DNA of 53,811 bases, taken from positions 62,001 through 115,811 of the forward strand of contig CBDBBG010000062.1 of the NCBI GenBank assembly GCA_965202585.1. Direction: 5' to 3'. Shown one piece after another: positions 38,431-50,059 of this stretch. The stretch is from Thalia democratica. Taxonomy: Eukaryota. A program made the translations under genes and the position numbers. The notes below the pieces were generated by a model. It was given only the letters and a program-made list of their open reading frames with translations. It was not told where the DNA came from and did no database searches. How positions within the stretch are numbered: the first letter of the stretch is position 1; each line of letters opens with the position of its first letter.

Positions 38431-39025
38431 GGGCATAGGGGGGGGGTAAACACCCTTTTTTGGTTTTTGGTCTTATTTTATATAGTTTTTACAAAGCTAC
38501 AAAATGCTTTTTAAAGATTTAAAAATTTCAAAATAAATTTTGAGATATAGCCCGTCAAAGTCGAAGGCAACAATAGGAACCTTATGGGAGGCGCAAACTA
38601 AAACGGCAAATAACTAGAAATCACTAAAAATCTATCTTCTCCTACGTTTTTTGAGATAACTACCTCAAATTTTCAGGAAATGTTCCTTGCAATATTTAGA
38701 AAATTCTGTCGGAACAGATTTTAAAAAAATCAAAAAATAAAAATTTTATAACAAAAAAACTAAAAAAAAACTGTTTTTTTTTGTTTATTTTTTATATAAA
38801 GTTTTTATTTTTCAATTTTATCAAAAATCAATAGTGAAATAGTCTATTTTTGCAGTTTTAGTTTTGGCCTCACATAAGGAACCTATTGTTGGTTCCTACT
38901 TTGACTGGCTATATCTAAAAAACTATTTTGAATTTTTAAATCTGTAAAAAGCATTTTGTAGCTTAGCAAAAACTATATAAAATAAGATCAAAAACCAAAA
39001 AAGGGTGTTTACCCCCCCTATGCCC
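38431..39025. mobile_element. Kolobok-like non-autonomous element with long TIRs
   Basis: About 200-bp imperfect inverted repeats starting gggcataggggggg and ending ccccccctatgccc; TTAA on both flanks; purine termini fit Kolobok rather than piggyBac (CC termini). Confidence 0.8.
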
Positions 39026-39439
39026 TTAAGTATTTTATGGCCCTCTAATGGCCTTGATGTATAAGTTTCTCCTCCAAGGTATTACTATAAGTTGAGACTG
39101 ACGATAAGAAACAATCTAACAGTATAAATAAGTGATGTACTTATGCTTAACTGTTTATTCAAAATAAAAAGAAATTATTAATAAGCCTTGTACCTCTCCC
39201 AATGACCAGCGAAATAAAGCCCCTTTAGCCAACAGTTTTTTCCCAGACAAACAATAACTGTTAAGAAAGGAGGGTAATCCTAGTAAGTTTTGAAAAATAT
39301 TCAGTTAACTGAGAGAATTAATAAACATTTCATTAAACATGAAGATTTTACAACAAAGAAGCAGTTGATATGAAAAATGTTAAAAAGGAAATTAATATAA
39401 ATGGTAAATTGACTGAAAAATAAGAAGATAGATTTAAAT

Positions 39440-39830
39440 CAGGGTTGCCAAAAAACCTGAAATCCAGGAATTTTAGAAGTTTTGAACAAAAGTCACTAAA
39501 AAACCTGGAATTAATTTGATCAAAATCACTAAAAAACCTTTGAAAAACCATATGTAGTTTTAACCACTTTTACATATAAGTAGTAAAATTCCAACTTTAC
39601 ACAAAAAGTAAGTCTAATGTATAGATAAGTTTTTTTGTCATCATCAATAGTTTTTTTGTTAAAAGACACATTTGAAGTAGTCTTACAGTATGTTTTTAAT
39701 GTATTAACATTATTTAACTCTGTTTTTACCTTAAACTTAACTTAAAATTAACAATAGAACCTAAAACGTGTTATTGTTTAGTTCTGGAAGAAAAATTGAA
39801 AGTCAGGGAAAAATTGCCAAAAATATTTGG
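39440..39830. mobile_element. CAGGGTTGCCA-terminus non-autonomous element
   Basis: Starts cagggttgccaaaaaacctgaaatccagg; homologous to 37370-37712. Confidence 0.6.
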
Positions 39831-40084
39831 GTCTTAAATAAAAAACTCTATTTTTTACTGGACACAATAATTAATTTTGAATACTTATCTATAATAGCAC
39901 TATGGTGCTTTTTAAATAATTCTTAAGAGAACATTGTTATTCTTATTATTATGAAATTACTTACCTGAATATATTAACTGCAAGAAATATACACAAAATT
40001 AAAAGTAATAAGATTTGCATACACTATAGTTTGACTTATAATGATACCAAACAATTAAAAATTTTGAGATTGATACCTTTTTAG

Positions 40085-40451
40085 GGTTGAAATGAAGGCC
40101 TTGCAAAAGGTCAACTGGCAAGGGCAGATTGTCAACTTCTGAATGATAAACCTGAATTCAGTGGATTCTGTTTGGTGTGTTTTCTTGAGCGGTATTTTTT
40201 AATTGATTCTTGACACAAAATTAAAAGAATTTATATAAAACCTAAAGGGTGTGATATTGTAATAAGTGAAAATTTTATTAAACTAAATATAAGTAGTTTT
40301 AATGTTTGCAGGAGTTAAGTTGATATATTTATACTTGAGCATATTTAAAGTATATATTTTATTTCATACAGTTCATGACCACATTTACTGATGACATGGC
40401 TTGCAAAGATTGAAAATTTGGGGTTTGTGCACAAATATGAGAACTGGCAAG
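40085..40451 (+). other. Two exon-like segments (40085-40191 and 40372-40451)
   Basis: tttttag and tttcatacag acceptors, gtattt and gtaaga donors, GC-richer than flanks; the phase-compatible join has two in-frame TGA codons. Confidence 0.4.
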
Positions 40452-41069
40452 GTAAGACTTACCAAAATAATTGTTTTCAAACTAATTATTATTTGATAAT
40501 TCAATTGATTTGATAATTGTTAATATTAAATTCAAAAAATATCTTCTTAGTAAAACCAAGCTAAGCCATATTAAAGAATTAAACAAATAATTTATATAAG
40601 CTTTAGCATGTATAACTGAATGGTGTAACAAAACATTATATAAAAAGCATGATTATAACCTAATTTTATCTACTGGACTAGATACATTTTATGTTCTAAG
40701 TTTGCATCTAGCCAAGGAATTTCTTAATTTTGTTAACAACTAGTCATGCTACTTGTATAAGTACATACCATTCAAAATATTAAATATTACTTACTTCATT
40801 CAAACTTTGTCTTGCATTCTAATATGTCTGTATGGATATTAATATTGAATTTATTTATTTCAAAGTCAACAACGTTTCACCCAACAGGGTTCCCCAAGCC
40901 TGCAAAATAAAAAAATAAGAAGATGAATAACTTAAGAAAAGTTTTTAAATAGCAATTTTACAAGTAATGATATCTTTTATACAGTTTTAGATGTAGCTTA
41001 TAACAACACAAATCAAAATTGGCATTTAACAAACAAAAGAAAAATGAAATTTAATAAGCATAAACAAAA

Positions 41070-41420
41070 TTAACAGCCATAAATACGATAAGTTTTAAAG
41101 TAGAATTTCTTAAAGTGTGGACAGATGTAGAAAAGATTTTGTCTTTTATTTAAGTTTTGTTTTTTGTCAGCAAGTGCTATCTCAAATTTTTCCAGGTTGC
41201 AGGTTTTACAGATCTTTAAATCTCCAATCTTATGCATAATCTTCCCATCTAAGTTCGTTTCTGCGTACCATCTCTTTTTTATTAGGCCAACCGTGGATCC
41301 TATGTACTCCTTGGTTTCGTCTGAGTAGTGATTGTTGCCTTGTATACCACATTCTCCCACAAACACTTATTTAATGGGCAGGAATCTTTGTTGCGGGAGT
41401 TGCACATACTATTCTCTTGA
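41070..41420 (-). mobile_element. PLE GIY-YIG endonuclease slice
   Basis: Minus ORF KEYIGSTVGLIKKRWY...KTCNL-EKFEIALADKKQNLNKR...CPH, preceded in another frame by SCPLNKCLWENVVYKATI. Confidence 0.85.
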
Positions 41421-41679
41421 TCTTTTCTTATTCATTTTACTTAGTACCTTTTTGTTGTATCAACTAATTAATGATTTGACATTTTCCATACAACGGTAGG
41501 ATACTTTGCAGCTGTTTCTGTTTAAAATTTTCATGCTCTTATTTTTAAATGTTTATAAATTAAAATCAAGATTTTTTCCCAATGTTAGTTTTAACTGATT
41601 GGCAGTATGGGGGTTTAAACAATATAAGTTCTTTGAGAAAAAGTTATAAAAAACAGACCATTGTTAGCTTGAATGTACT

Positions 41680-41990
41680 TTTAAATTTCTTTCAAAATAT
41701 TTGCATTGTACTCAGTAGCTTTGTTCACTAAATCTATTGATAATGATGGATACAAATTTACGACATAAACTGTACTTAAAGAACAGTTTATATCATCACA
41801 TGACTTTTTCCAGGTTTCCAAGTCTTCTAAACAACTTTTTGAGTCTTTACAATATTCATTTATTCCATTTTCGCAATAAATAACACTAATCGGTTCCAAT
41901 ATTAAGTTCAGTACAGCTGTCAACCTACTTGGATATGTATTACCAGCGGCTTGGACTAATCTTGTTGGGATATCTTTAATACTGCAAGTT
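41680..41990 (-). mobile_element. PLE reverse transcriptase slice
   Basis: Minus frame IPTRLVQAAGNTYPSRLTAVLNLILEPI...TVYVVNLYPSLSID. Confidence 0.75.
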
Positions 41991-43384
41991 TTCAGATTAT
42001 CTTGATTTAATTAGTGAGTTTTTCAATTATATACCAAATTCTAACAATCTGTGATCAAGTGTTCTATTAAACCAAAAGCAATATATAACACACAGTAACT
42101 CAACTTATATTAACTGATAACACAAATCAAAGCAAACGTATATACTCTTTAGCGCCAAATTACAAATTAGTGTTGTAAAAATTTTAATGTATTCTAAAAT
42201 GGTTTAACAGGTTTTGCTACAAATTGTAAACAAAACATAAAGTTATCAGCAGGTACGTTTACAAAAAGTTTTGTTTTGTTTTTTGTTATCAATTGAAGCT
42301 TTAGCGGTGTTCACCGAGTTACTGTGATTTATTTTCAACAAATTGTTGGAAAAAAGTGCAGTAATTCTCGTACCAACCGTTTTTCTCGCGCTGATGGCAT
42401 TCTTCAAAGCCTCTCCCAGTATTTTTATTTTTCTTTTCTCAAAATTTCTACACTGTCAAAAACTGATGGACTACTTGCCAGGATAGTACTCGTTCTTCTA
42501 GTACTTAAAGTTGGGAACAACAGAAGTATTGTTACTTCCTTTGGAAGTTTTTGTGCTGTTCTCCTTAACATTAGAAAATGGCTCTCTTCAATTTTTTACA
42601 AATAATTGCTGTTAATAAACTGGTATAATTTTTGATGTGTGATTACACTTACCTGTCCGAACAGCTAATTTAAAAAGTTCTTGAAAAAATCCTTTTTGTG
42701 CTTAACTAAACTAAAATTTTGTAGAATATTCTACTCATGTCACTGTTTAAGTGGTTGGCGACAACATAGTTTTTACTTATGTAGTCCCATGACCGCAATC
42801 TTCATAGAACTTAAGCTTTTTGTTGCTTTCTGAACTAATGTAATTTTGCATGTCAACTACAAATTAAAAGTTGTTTTTCAGAATTTTTGGCACACAACTG
42901 TACATTACCTTACAATTTTTTACCATAAATAAATGTCTCTTGTAAAAACTATAATAAGGCTTAACATTTAAATTTTGATTAGGACTATCAGATTTCCGAC
43001 TATTTTTTTAACTTCATTTCTTTATCATGTTTGAATATAGTTTTTTTTTTTTACTATTAACACTACTAATATTTATTGAATTATTCTTCTTATTGAATAA
43101 TTTATGCTGTGGTGACTTGATCATTGAACAATTAGTGAAACTAATCACTTATATAAAATCAAAGCACTGCCAATTCTATGCACTAAAAACTAGTTAAATG
43201 TTGAAAAAAATTAGGTTTTAAAACAAAATGTCATAAAAAAATACTATGTAATTTTAAAATTGTATTTCTTGATTTGAAAATTTTTAAAGTTTATAACTTG
43301 TAGTAATCAAAACAATGTATGTAAAAATAATATATAAAACTTTACTATTACTAAGTAAACAAAAAAATAATAAACTTTCTTACC

Positions 43385-43830
43385 TATAAAATTTGTGCAT
43401 TCATCTATGTGAAATGAGCAAGATTTCATTGATAGGTCGCTCATAAGTTTTTTTTTTTTCAAATTGGTCCAAGCGTGTTTATCACGACCATAGTTGCTCC
43501 AAGTATTTTCATGACATCTATCAGGTGGTTGCTTCCATTCATGTTTCCATGAAGAGCTTGCTGCGAGGCTAGCTTGACTTCCGTCTGACGTTTGTTTTTC
43601 TTGAGATAGTCATCCAACTGGATTTTGAAGATTTTCTTATCCTTAATTTGACTTGATAAACTGTTTTTGAATTGTTCAACTTTTTATTGTCATCGTCAGT
43701 TTTTTTTTTTCCACAATCAAAACATACGTTTCTATCTTCTACTGAGTTCGATGGCCCATCGCATAGTAAAATATCAAATGTGACTTCTTGTCTGTACTTT
43801 GTAGAGTTTTTTAAATTCTCAAATGCTTAG
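43385..43830 (-). pseudogene. Unidentified exon relic; 43720-43820 is duplicated at 9815-9915
   Basis: Minus frame NSTKYRQEVTFDILLCDGPSNSVEDRNVCFDCGKK...; ends at a gtaag donor at about 43384. Confidence 0.45.
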
Positions 43831-44549
43831 CCTTGCCATTTTTCATTAGTTGCTGAATTAAATAATAATTGAAAGCTTTATATATGTATATATTTTTTTG
43901 GTTTATAATTAATATGAGTAGAAGGCTCACTTTGACAATAGCTAATTCTGCGTCATTGATTCTATCCTCAAGCAAGTAATTTTGATCAAATAATTTTTCT
44001 TTTGTTTTTGATGCATACTAGATTACCTATATATTTCTTTCTTTCTTCGTGGGTTCTTTGTTTTCAAAAGGTTTGTAAAATGTTGCAAAACTTGAAGCGT
44101 AAATAATATTTTTAGTTCAGCAAACAAACTTTTGGCAACATAAATATTGAATTTAAATTGAGTGATAAATGACTTACAACTAATATTGGAATTCTGCCCT
44201 TACCAGAAAGATAATTTTTGGTCTTAAGCATTGAGATTATTTTTTCTAGTAGCTTCTCAATATATTTTTGTTCTCAATTTGTTTTTTCATAAACAGCTAT
44301 GACACATGTATCTAAAAAATTATTTTTGAAGGTTGCTTATCGAAAAGAATAAACTATAACTTAATTAAGTTATATCAAAGTTGTAATTAACCTGAATTTT
44401 TAAAGTTTTTCAGAAAATGTTCTGTAACTATTGGCGTCACTTTATTTGGGTTCTTAGTTTTAATGCCTTATTATTATGTCACATTGAGTATTTACACTAG
44501 CAATAACTGTCAATCCTTCACATTTCCACAAATGCTCTCTCTGAAAGTT

Positions 44550-45720
44550 GTTTAGTTTTTATTTGAGTTTCTAATAAGTTCATGTGGCCACATCTTGAGG
44601 ATAGTTGTCCTCACCCATGATAGTGTAGGTGTGAATTTCAGGGAACCTCTTTCCTCCTGAGGTCTACCTGATTCTTCCATGTGAAGATTGATGGTGTAGG
44701 TGTAAACTTCAAGGTAACTTCTTTCCCCCTGAGGTCTAGTTGATTCCTTCATTTTACTCAGTGAAGGGTAGATCTTATGAGTCCTACTTTTATCACCTAC
44801 ACTTAAATTACTTATAACACAATCGAATAGAGTTAATAGCAATATGAAAATTTACAAAATGTTTGAGATATTTTTATCCGAAAATAGATTAACATTAAAT
44901 TTGAATTTTGCAAACTATTTACTTCTTAAAATCACTAAACAGACATTCACGTATTTTAAGTCAAGTTGGTTACCCATGAGTTTTTTAACGCCTTGCTGGA
45001 ATTAATCCTAAATTGTTTAAATGCCATTAGTCGCCCCGTACATATGTCTCTCCGCTTTGCAGTTGACTTCTAAAGTTTTTAGACATTTTTTCTTTTTACC
45101 ATTTCTGAGTTTACCGAGACAAGTGTTGTTCTTGTCACGGAAGACAAGGGTTCTGAATCAGCAGGGTTGGGTCCAATGGCTTTTAAACTTTGCATTGAAC
45201 ATATCAACAGTGGCCATAAGCTTCAAAAGTTACTGTTTGGTTTCAAACTGTCCACTCATCTGGATTGAAGTCACTGGTCTCTTCTATAGTCAGACCTTAT
45301 TGCGCCAACTATTGTCCAGCGATATGTACCAAATATGGTGAGCATGATTGCAATGTCCCACTTACCCTCTTTTTTGTCAGTTAGAACCTTTGGTTGCCTC
45401 TCTGTTCGACTTTCTTTGATTCTAAATGAATCGAGAGGAGTCATATTATGCTCTTTCCCATTGTCAGAGACGACTACCCGTGGTGTTACAAAACAACTGC
45501 ACCGACTCTGTACAAATGCAATCACTGGCATTGCCTTCTTGTCCGGTATGGGAGTTGCCACAAGAAACCCCGTTCCTTGGTCTTTTATTGTCAGTATGTA
45601 ACGGCAGTTGTTAGAAACTACGTTCATAGGGCCTTCAAGGTCAATATGCCAAAGTTTAATCTTTGGGCCTTCTATGGAAGAACAAAATTACATAATGAAA
45701 ACAATGGTAGGTAAATTAAA
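44550..45720 (-). mobile_element. Gypsy/Ty3 integrase relic and pol C-terminus
   Basis: Minus frame WHIDLEGPMNVVSNNCRYILTIKDQGTGFLVATPIPDK...PRVVVSDNGKE (first two acidic residues of DDE); RPQxER-type repeats near 44620-44740; no LTR seen. Confidence 0.88.
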
Positions 45721-46098
45721 CTTAAATTTAGTAAATAAAGATTTCAAATAAAATTTTGTGAAATGTCTACATTTTCCTACCAATTCTGATCTCAAATTTT
45801 AAAGTTTTGTTGTTGTCTGCAAATTCAATTTTAAGTCTCTCCAAATTGCAGAGGTGCAAATTTTACTAGGTTTATTTTGGTTACTGTGATGAATAATCTA
45901 CCAATTTATTTTTTCTCCAATCAACATTGTCATTTTTGATTTTGGGATACCTAGAGCATATTTTTCTCAAACGACAATACATGCTTTTTAATTCTCAAAT
46001 ATTCTGAAGAATCTTACTGGGTCATCTGCAACCTTTCTAAATTCTCTTCGGGAACTGAAAATTTGTTCCATTCTTTCAAGTTGGGTAATATTTTTTCT

Positions 46099-46260
46099 AA
46101 GTAGTACATGCTCGTGCCTTGGGATAACACCAGAGAGTAGAGCATCATTTTTGCTACAATCTTTAGTAACTAATTGAAAAGTAGTACATGCTCGTGCCTC
46201 GGGATAACACTAGAGAGTAGAGCATCATTTTTGCTACAATATTTAGTAAGTAAATGAAAA
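46099..46260. repeat. Tandem duplication, 80 bp x 2
   Basis: gtagtacatgctcgtgcc starts at 46101 and 46181. Confidence 0.95.
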
Positions 46261-46412
46261 GGTTCAAGAAGGTTTAGTACCTGACATACCAATTGCCACT
46301 CTTTTTCTGTAATGATAAGAGCTTGCAAATGGCTAGCTTCATAGTTCTGGACACTAGTTTTAATGTAACTAATTTTAACACTAAAATTAATGTGCCCTTA
46401 TAGTAATGTTTT

Positions 46413-46806
46413 TTAAAGTGGGTGTTTTAAGAAATTTTGTAGCACAAACGTCCATTGCCTAGTTGTAATTATTTTACACCTATTCCATTTACTTTAAAGC
46501 TTTAGATGTCTGTTTCACATCTATTGCTAGACAGTAATCATACTGTTAAAGTGGGTGTCTTTAAAATTTTGTAGCACAATTGTCCATTACTTAGTTGTAA
46601 TTGTTTTACACCCATTCCATTTACTTAAAAGCTTAAGATGTCTGTTTCAACATCTGTTGCTAGACAGTAATCACACTTTTAAAGTGGGTGTCTTTAAAAT
46701 TTTGTAGCACAATCGTATATTGCCTAGTTGCAATTATTTCACACCTATTCCATTTACTTAAAAGCTTGAGGTGTCTGTTTCAACATCTTTTGCTGGACAG
46801 TAATCG
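46413..46806. repeat. Tandem repeat, 133 bp x 3
   Basis: gtgggtgt starts at 46418, 46551 and 46684. Confidence 0.95.
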
Positions 46807-47989
46807 TAATAATCATACAGTAATACATAATTGTCAGCTGTTTAATATTCTATCAGTCAATCTCTTTAAATAGATTTTTTAGATCTTTTCTTAAGTTTTG
46901 TTGAAATTTGGTCATGAATCTATTGAATTTCACGTTGCTAATCATGTCAAATACGTCTTTTTCAAATCCTATAATTCGTTGCAAAATGAGGCTGATTTAG
47001 AATTTTAAAATATGCCATGCCAATGCTGTCTCTCTTGTTAGAAAGCGTTAAGAAATAAATGATGATACAGCATGTTTAAAAAAGTATTGTGGAATGTTTT
47101 CTGGTGTTCTAATGATTTTATCATATAAAAGATTAGTTGAATTACTTATGTCATTTGATTAAAACCATTTTTTATTTTATAATTTGACTCCATCTTCTAA
47201 GTGGGCAAGGTTGTTTGATAGTGGGCAAAATTTATTTGTAAAAAAAATGTTTTATATAGATTGAGCTCAACTGTAGTCAAATTGTGTTCTAATACTATTT
47301 ACTGCTTGTATATCACGTCTTGTAAAAGGCATCTTGTTAAATATTATCTGTTAATACCATATTATGTTTTTAAAACCCCGCATTCTGAATGCTAAAATCT
47401 TCAGAACTGTTTGTTCGCACTCTCTGCTGTATTTTTTCTCTAACATATTTCTACAAAAAAAAAGATTCCTAAATAATGAGTTATTTAAAACGTTCATTAC
47501 ATTGAGGACAATATGAATTACATATAAGCCACCTCAGATGCAACTTTTACAAAAAATATGATAACAGCTCAATTTCATAACTGTGCTTGTATAGCATTAA
47601 AATTTTCACGGCAATAATGCATATATTCATTAAATAATTTTTCACTAGCGTTGAAAGAACAGAAACCGTTTAAGGTTGAAATGTTAACATCAAATGTAAC
47701 TTAATCTAAATATATATTTGTTTAAACAGCGTAAAAAACCGGACTTATTTTTAAACTTATTTGAATAAATAAAGTAACTTTAATTCGTTGTTTTCTAATA
47801 TATTTCATCAGTTTTCAGGCGTAGTTCACCAGCTTAACCAATTTATTTGTACCAAGTTCCATCAGACAATGCTGTATCGGTTCATAGTGGCTTGTTCTGT
47901 TGAAAATATTTCTGTTGTGTTGCGTTCTTCTTAAGCAAGAACAGTTAAAATAACTTAAAGTTAAATAAGTAAAAACTATTCAAGCAAGT

Positions 47990-48880
47990 TTTCAAAACAC
48001 TTAGGCTTTTCTTGATCTACGTTAAACTTTTTGTAAAGTTCAATCAGCATGGTGCTGTGTGGAAACAGTCGCTTCCTGCGGACTTGAAAATTTCCAATCT
48101 TGTTCTTGACACAATTTAAGGAATTCTCGTGTCCATCAAGTCAATGTCAAACTTCAGGATCAGTGGTCTATTCTTCGTGCTCCGTCATTGTTAAGTATGA
48201 CAACGAAGTTGTTCTGTTTTGTGGTTTTGAGATACTGACTGCCTTACTTAACACAATTTTGTTCTGAGTGACGTCATACTGTGTATTTTTTGATGAATTT
48301 ATTGTTGTTCTTCTTTTTGGTATCTTTTGATCCAAAACTTTTTCCATCATATCCGTCCAGAGATCTCTTTCAAAGTATGGATTTCTGTGACCGAACAGAT
48401 TTCATCATTCTGCTCTTGATATCCTTTTATCAAGCCACGATTTTCTCCTTGTTCCAACCCTTTTTTGTACCAGAAGTTAAGCCTTTGTTGATCTGGTACC
48501 TTTTAGCTCGGTAATGTTAAACAAGTAATCGTCACTTTCTTTGGAGGACACGACCATATATGCCCAAAACGGTATCCTAGTCTGCCGCAATATTTAAAAT
48601 ATCCAAGTATAAGCTCCATGTAAACCTCGGAGCGTATCCGATCATCAATTATTTTAACGGAGTCCAGGTAGCCTATGTAGACCTGTCGTTGTTGGCGATC
48701 CGCAGTCTTTGTACTCTTGAGAGTAAAGTCCGAAAAAAGCAAATTTCCTTGCCATCTTTTCTTGAAATGCATAAAAAGCTCTTGCTCTGTATTTAATTTC
48801 TTCGGGGAAAGCTTCTTTAAATCTTGTTTTCATGTTCTCCTTCACTTTTAGATGCTTTATTTGTTGTAATTAACTTTTAA
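47990..48880 (-). pseudogene. CREBBP-like: Intronless p300/CBP-type histone acetyltransferase (KAT11) domain, frameshifted
   Basis: Stitched minus frames: MKTRF..FPEEIKYRARAFYAFQE-DGKEICFFGLYSQEY...RQVYIGYLDSV...IRSEVYMELILGYFKYCGRLGYRFGHIWSCPP-DDYLF-PDQQRLNFWYKKGL...PYFERDLW...LMDTR-EFLKLCQEQDWKFSS...ST-MLIELY. This is collinear with p300 FPYRTKALFAFEEIDGVDLCFFGMHVQEY...RVYISYLDSV...HIWACPP..DDYIF...RLQEWYKKML...PYFEGDFW...LMDGRDAFL...EFSS...STMCMLVELH. At least seven frameshifts. Confidence 0.93.
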
Positions 48881-49132
48881 AACATACCAACTTTTAAACT
48901 AAAATCTAATAAAATGTTAGCCATTAAAACAGCTATAACAAAATGAAAATGTATGAAAGTAAATTTTGCTTTACTTAAAAATTGCTTGTTAAACTGCATT
49001 GTAACAAAAGCTAACACTAAATTGCCTAGTAAAACTGCTCTACATAATAATGAAATACATATAAACACACTGATTTACTTTAAAAACATTTGCGGGTAGA
49101 AAAGCTTGAACTCTGCCATTGACAATTATTCT

Positions 49133-49270
49133 TGAACATTATAATTTATGTCTTTATAGAGGCTAGTCTTTCCAACCTCCTCTATCATGCTTTCAGTAAA
49201 TGGAAAATTTCGGCAACAAAATCCCATGACTTTGCAAGTTGATCTGACAATATTAAAATTCAATTGTAGA
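49133..49270. repeat. Block duplicated at about 18660-18790
   Basis: aacattat...tgtctttata...ctagtctttccaac...ctatcat...gcaacaaa.tcc.atg.acttgcaagtt.atctgacaata.taaaattcaattgt occurs in both copies. Confidence 0.75.
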
Positions 49271-49389
49271 ATACTGCTTTTCAATTTTATAGCTTTTCCT
49301 CGTCATAAGTATATATATATTTTTTTAATTGTTTAACAAGTTGATCATTTTATGTAGTCCTTAGCAGTTTTCTTAGTTTTTATATAGTT

Positions 49390-49710
49390 AAACTCTGTAA
49401 AGATAACTATACTTATACTTATTGCTTAAAAAAGACACCAGCCAAGGGTGTAAGCAATTTAGTAGTTGGAAACAGGACGTCTGGTTAGGGAGAAAATGAA
49501 TTTTTTAATAAAAATAAAGTTGTTTAAAAAATAAGATGATCAAGTATTTTTATAGAAATTTTATGTTTAAAGATTCTGCAAAGCTAACTGTCAAAGAAAT
49601 TGTTCTATTATTTGAAGGGTTGTATTGCTACCTTTTTTGTGTATTGGTATTACAAATAAAGATTCAAAAGAGTATCTAAAACTATTCTAACGCAAATTTA
49701 TGAGAGATCC
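49390..49710 (-). mobile_element. CR1/L2 RT slice, paralog of 21430-21750
   Basis: Nucleotide homology over about 320 bp including ccttttttgtgtattggtat (PIHKKG). Confidence 0.85.
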
Positions 49711-50059
49711 CAAAGAATTAAAACAATACACTAAAATTAAATAAAACTTTAAGTAAGCAATAAACTGTAAAAGGTTTAATAAACTTTCAAGCATGTAAAT
49801 CTGGCTAGTTCTAATAGTAACCATATTTTCACCATTTTGTTTTTTAATTGCTTAATGTAATAATCTTACCAAGAACTGTGCACATTTGAAATCAGTGTCA
49901 GTCAGTTGCTTGAAATCTCCATTTAAAATTTATTTTTTGAAGGTTTTCCCATTTGATTAACTTTCAACAACATATAATTTTTATATTATTATTGCAGTTT
50001 CATTAAACTTTCTTTGGCAGTTTACTTACAATACGTACTTTTACTCTGATATTTTCGAA

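Larger units (their letters stand above)
45950..46810 (-). mobile_element. hAT (Ac/ZBED-like) transposase relic with internal tandem duplications
   Basis: Minus frame IITEKEWQLVCQVLNLLEPFHLLTKYCSKNDALLSSVIP, matching hAT EWxxLxxxxxxLxPFxxxT...SxVIP; a DVET-like motif in the 133-bp units. Confidence 0.75.

Noticed and set aside
42152-42159. E2F-like site (TTTGGCGC on the minus strand)
   Set aside because: A single 8-mer with no supporting context.
45021-45714. Plus-strand ORFs over 45.0-45.7 kb
   Set aside because: Antisense to the Gypsy integrase relic.
47990-48880. Functional host CBP/p300 gene
   Set aside because: At least seven frameshifts, stops near the C-terminal end and no flanking domains. 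Sequencing error is unlikely to explain them all.
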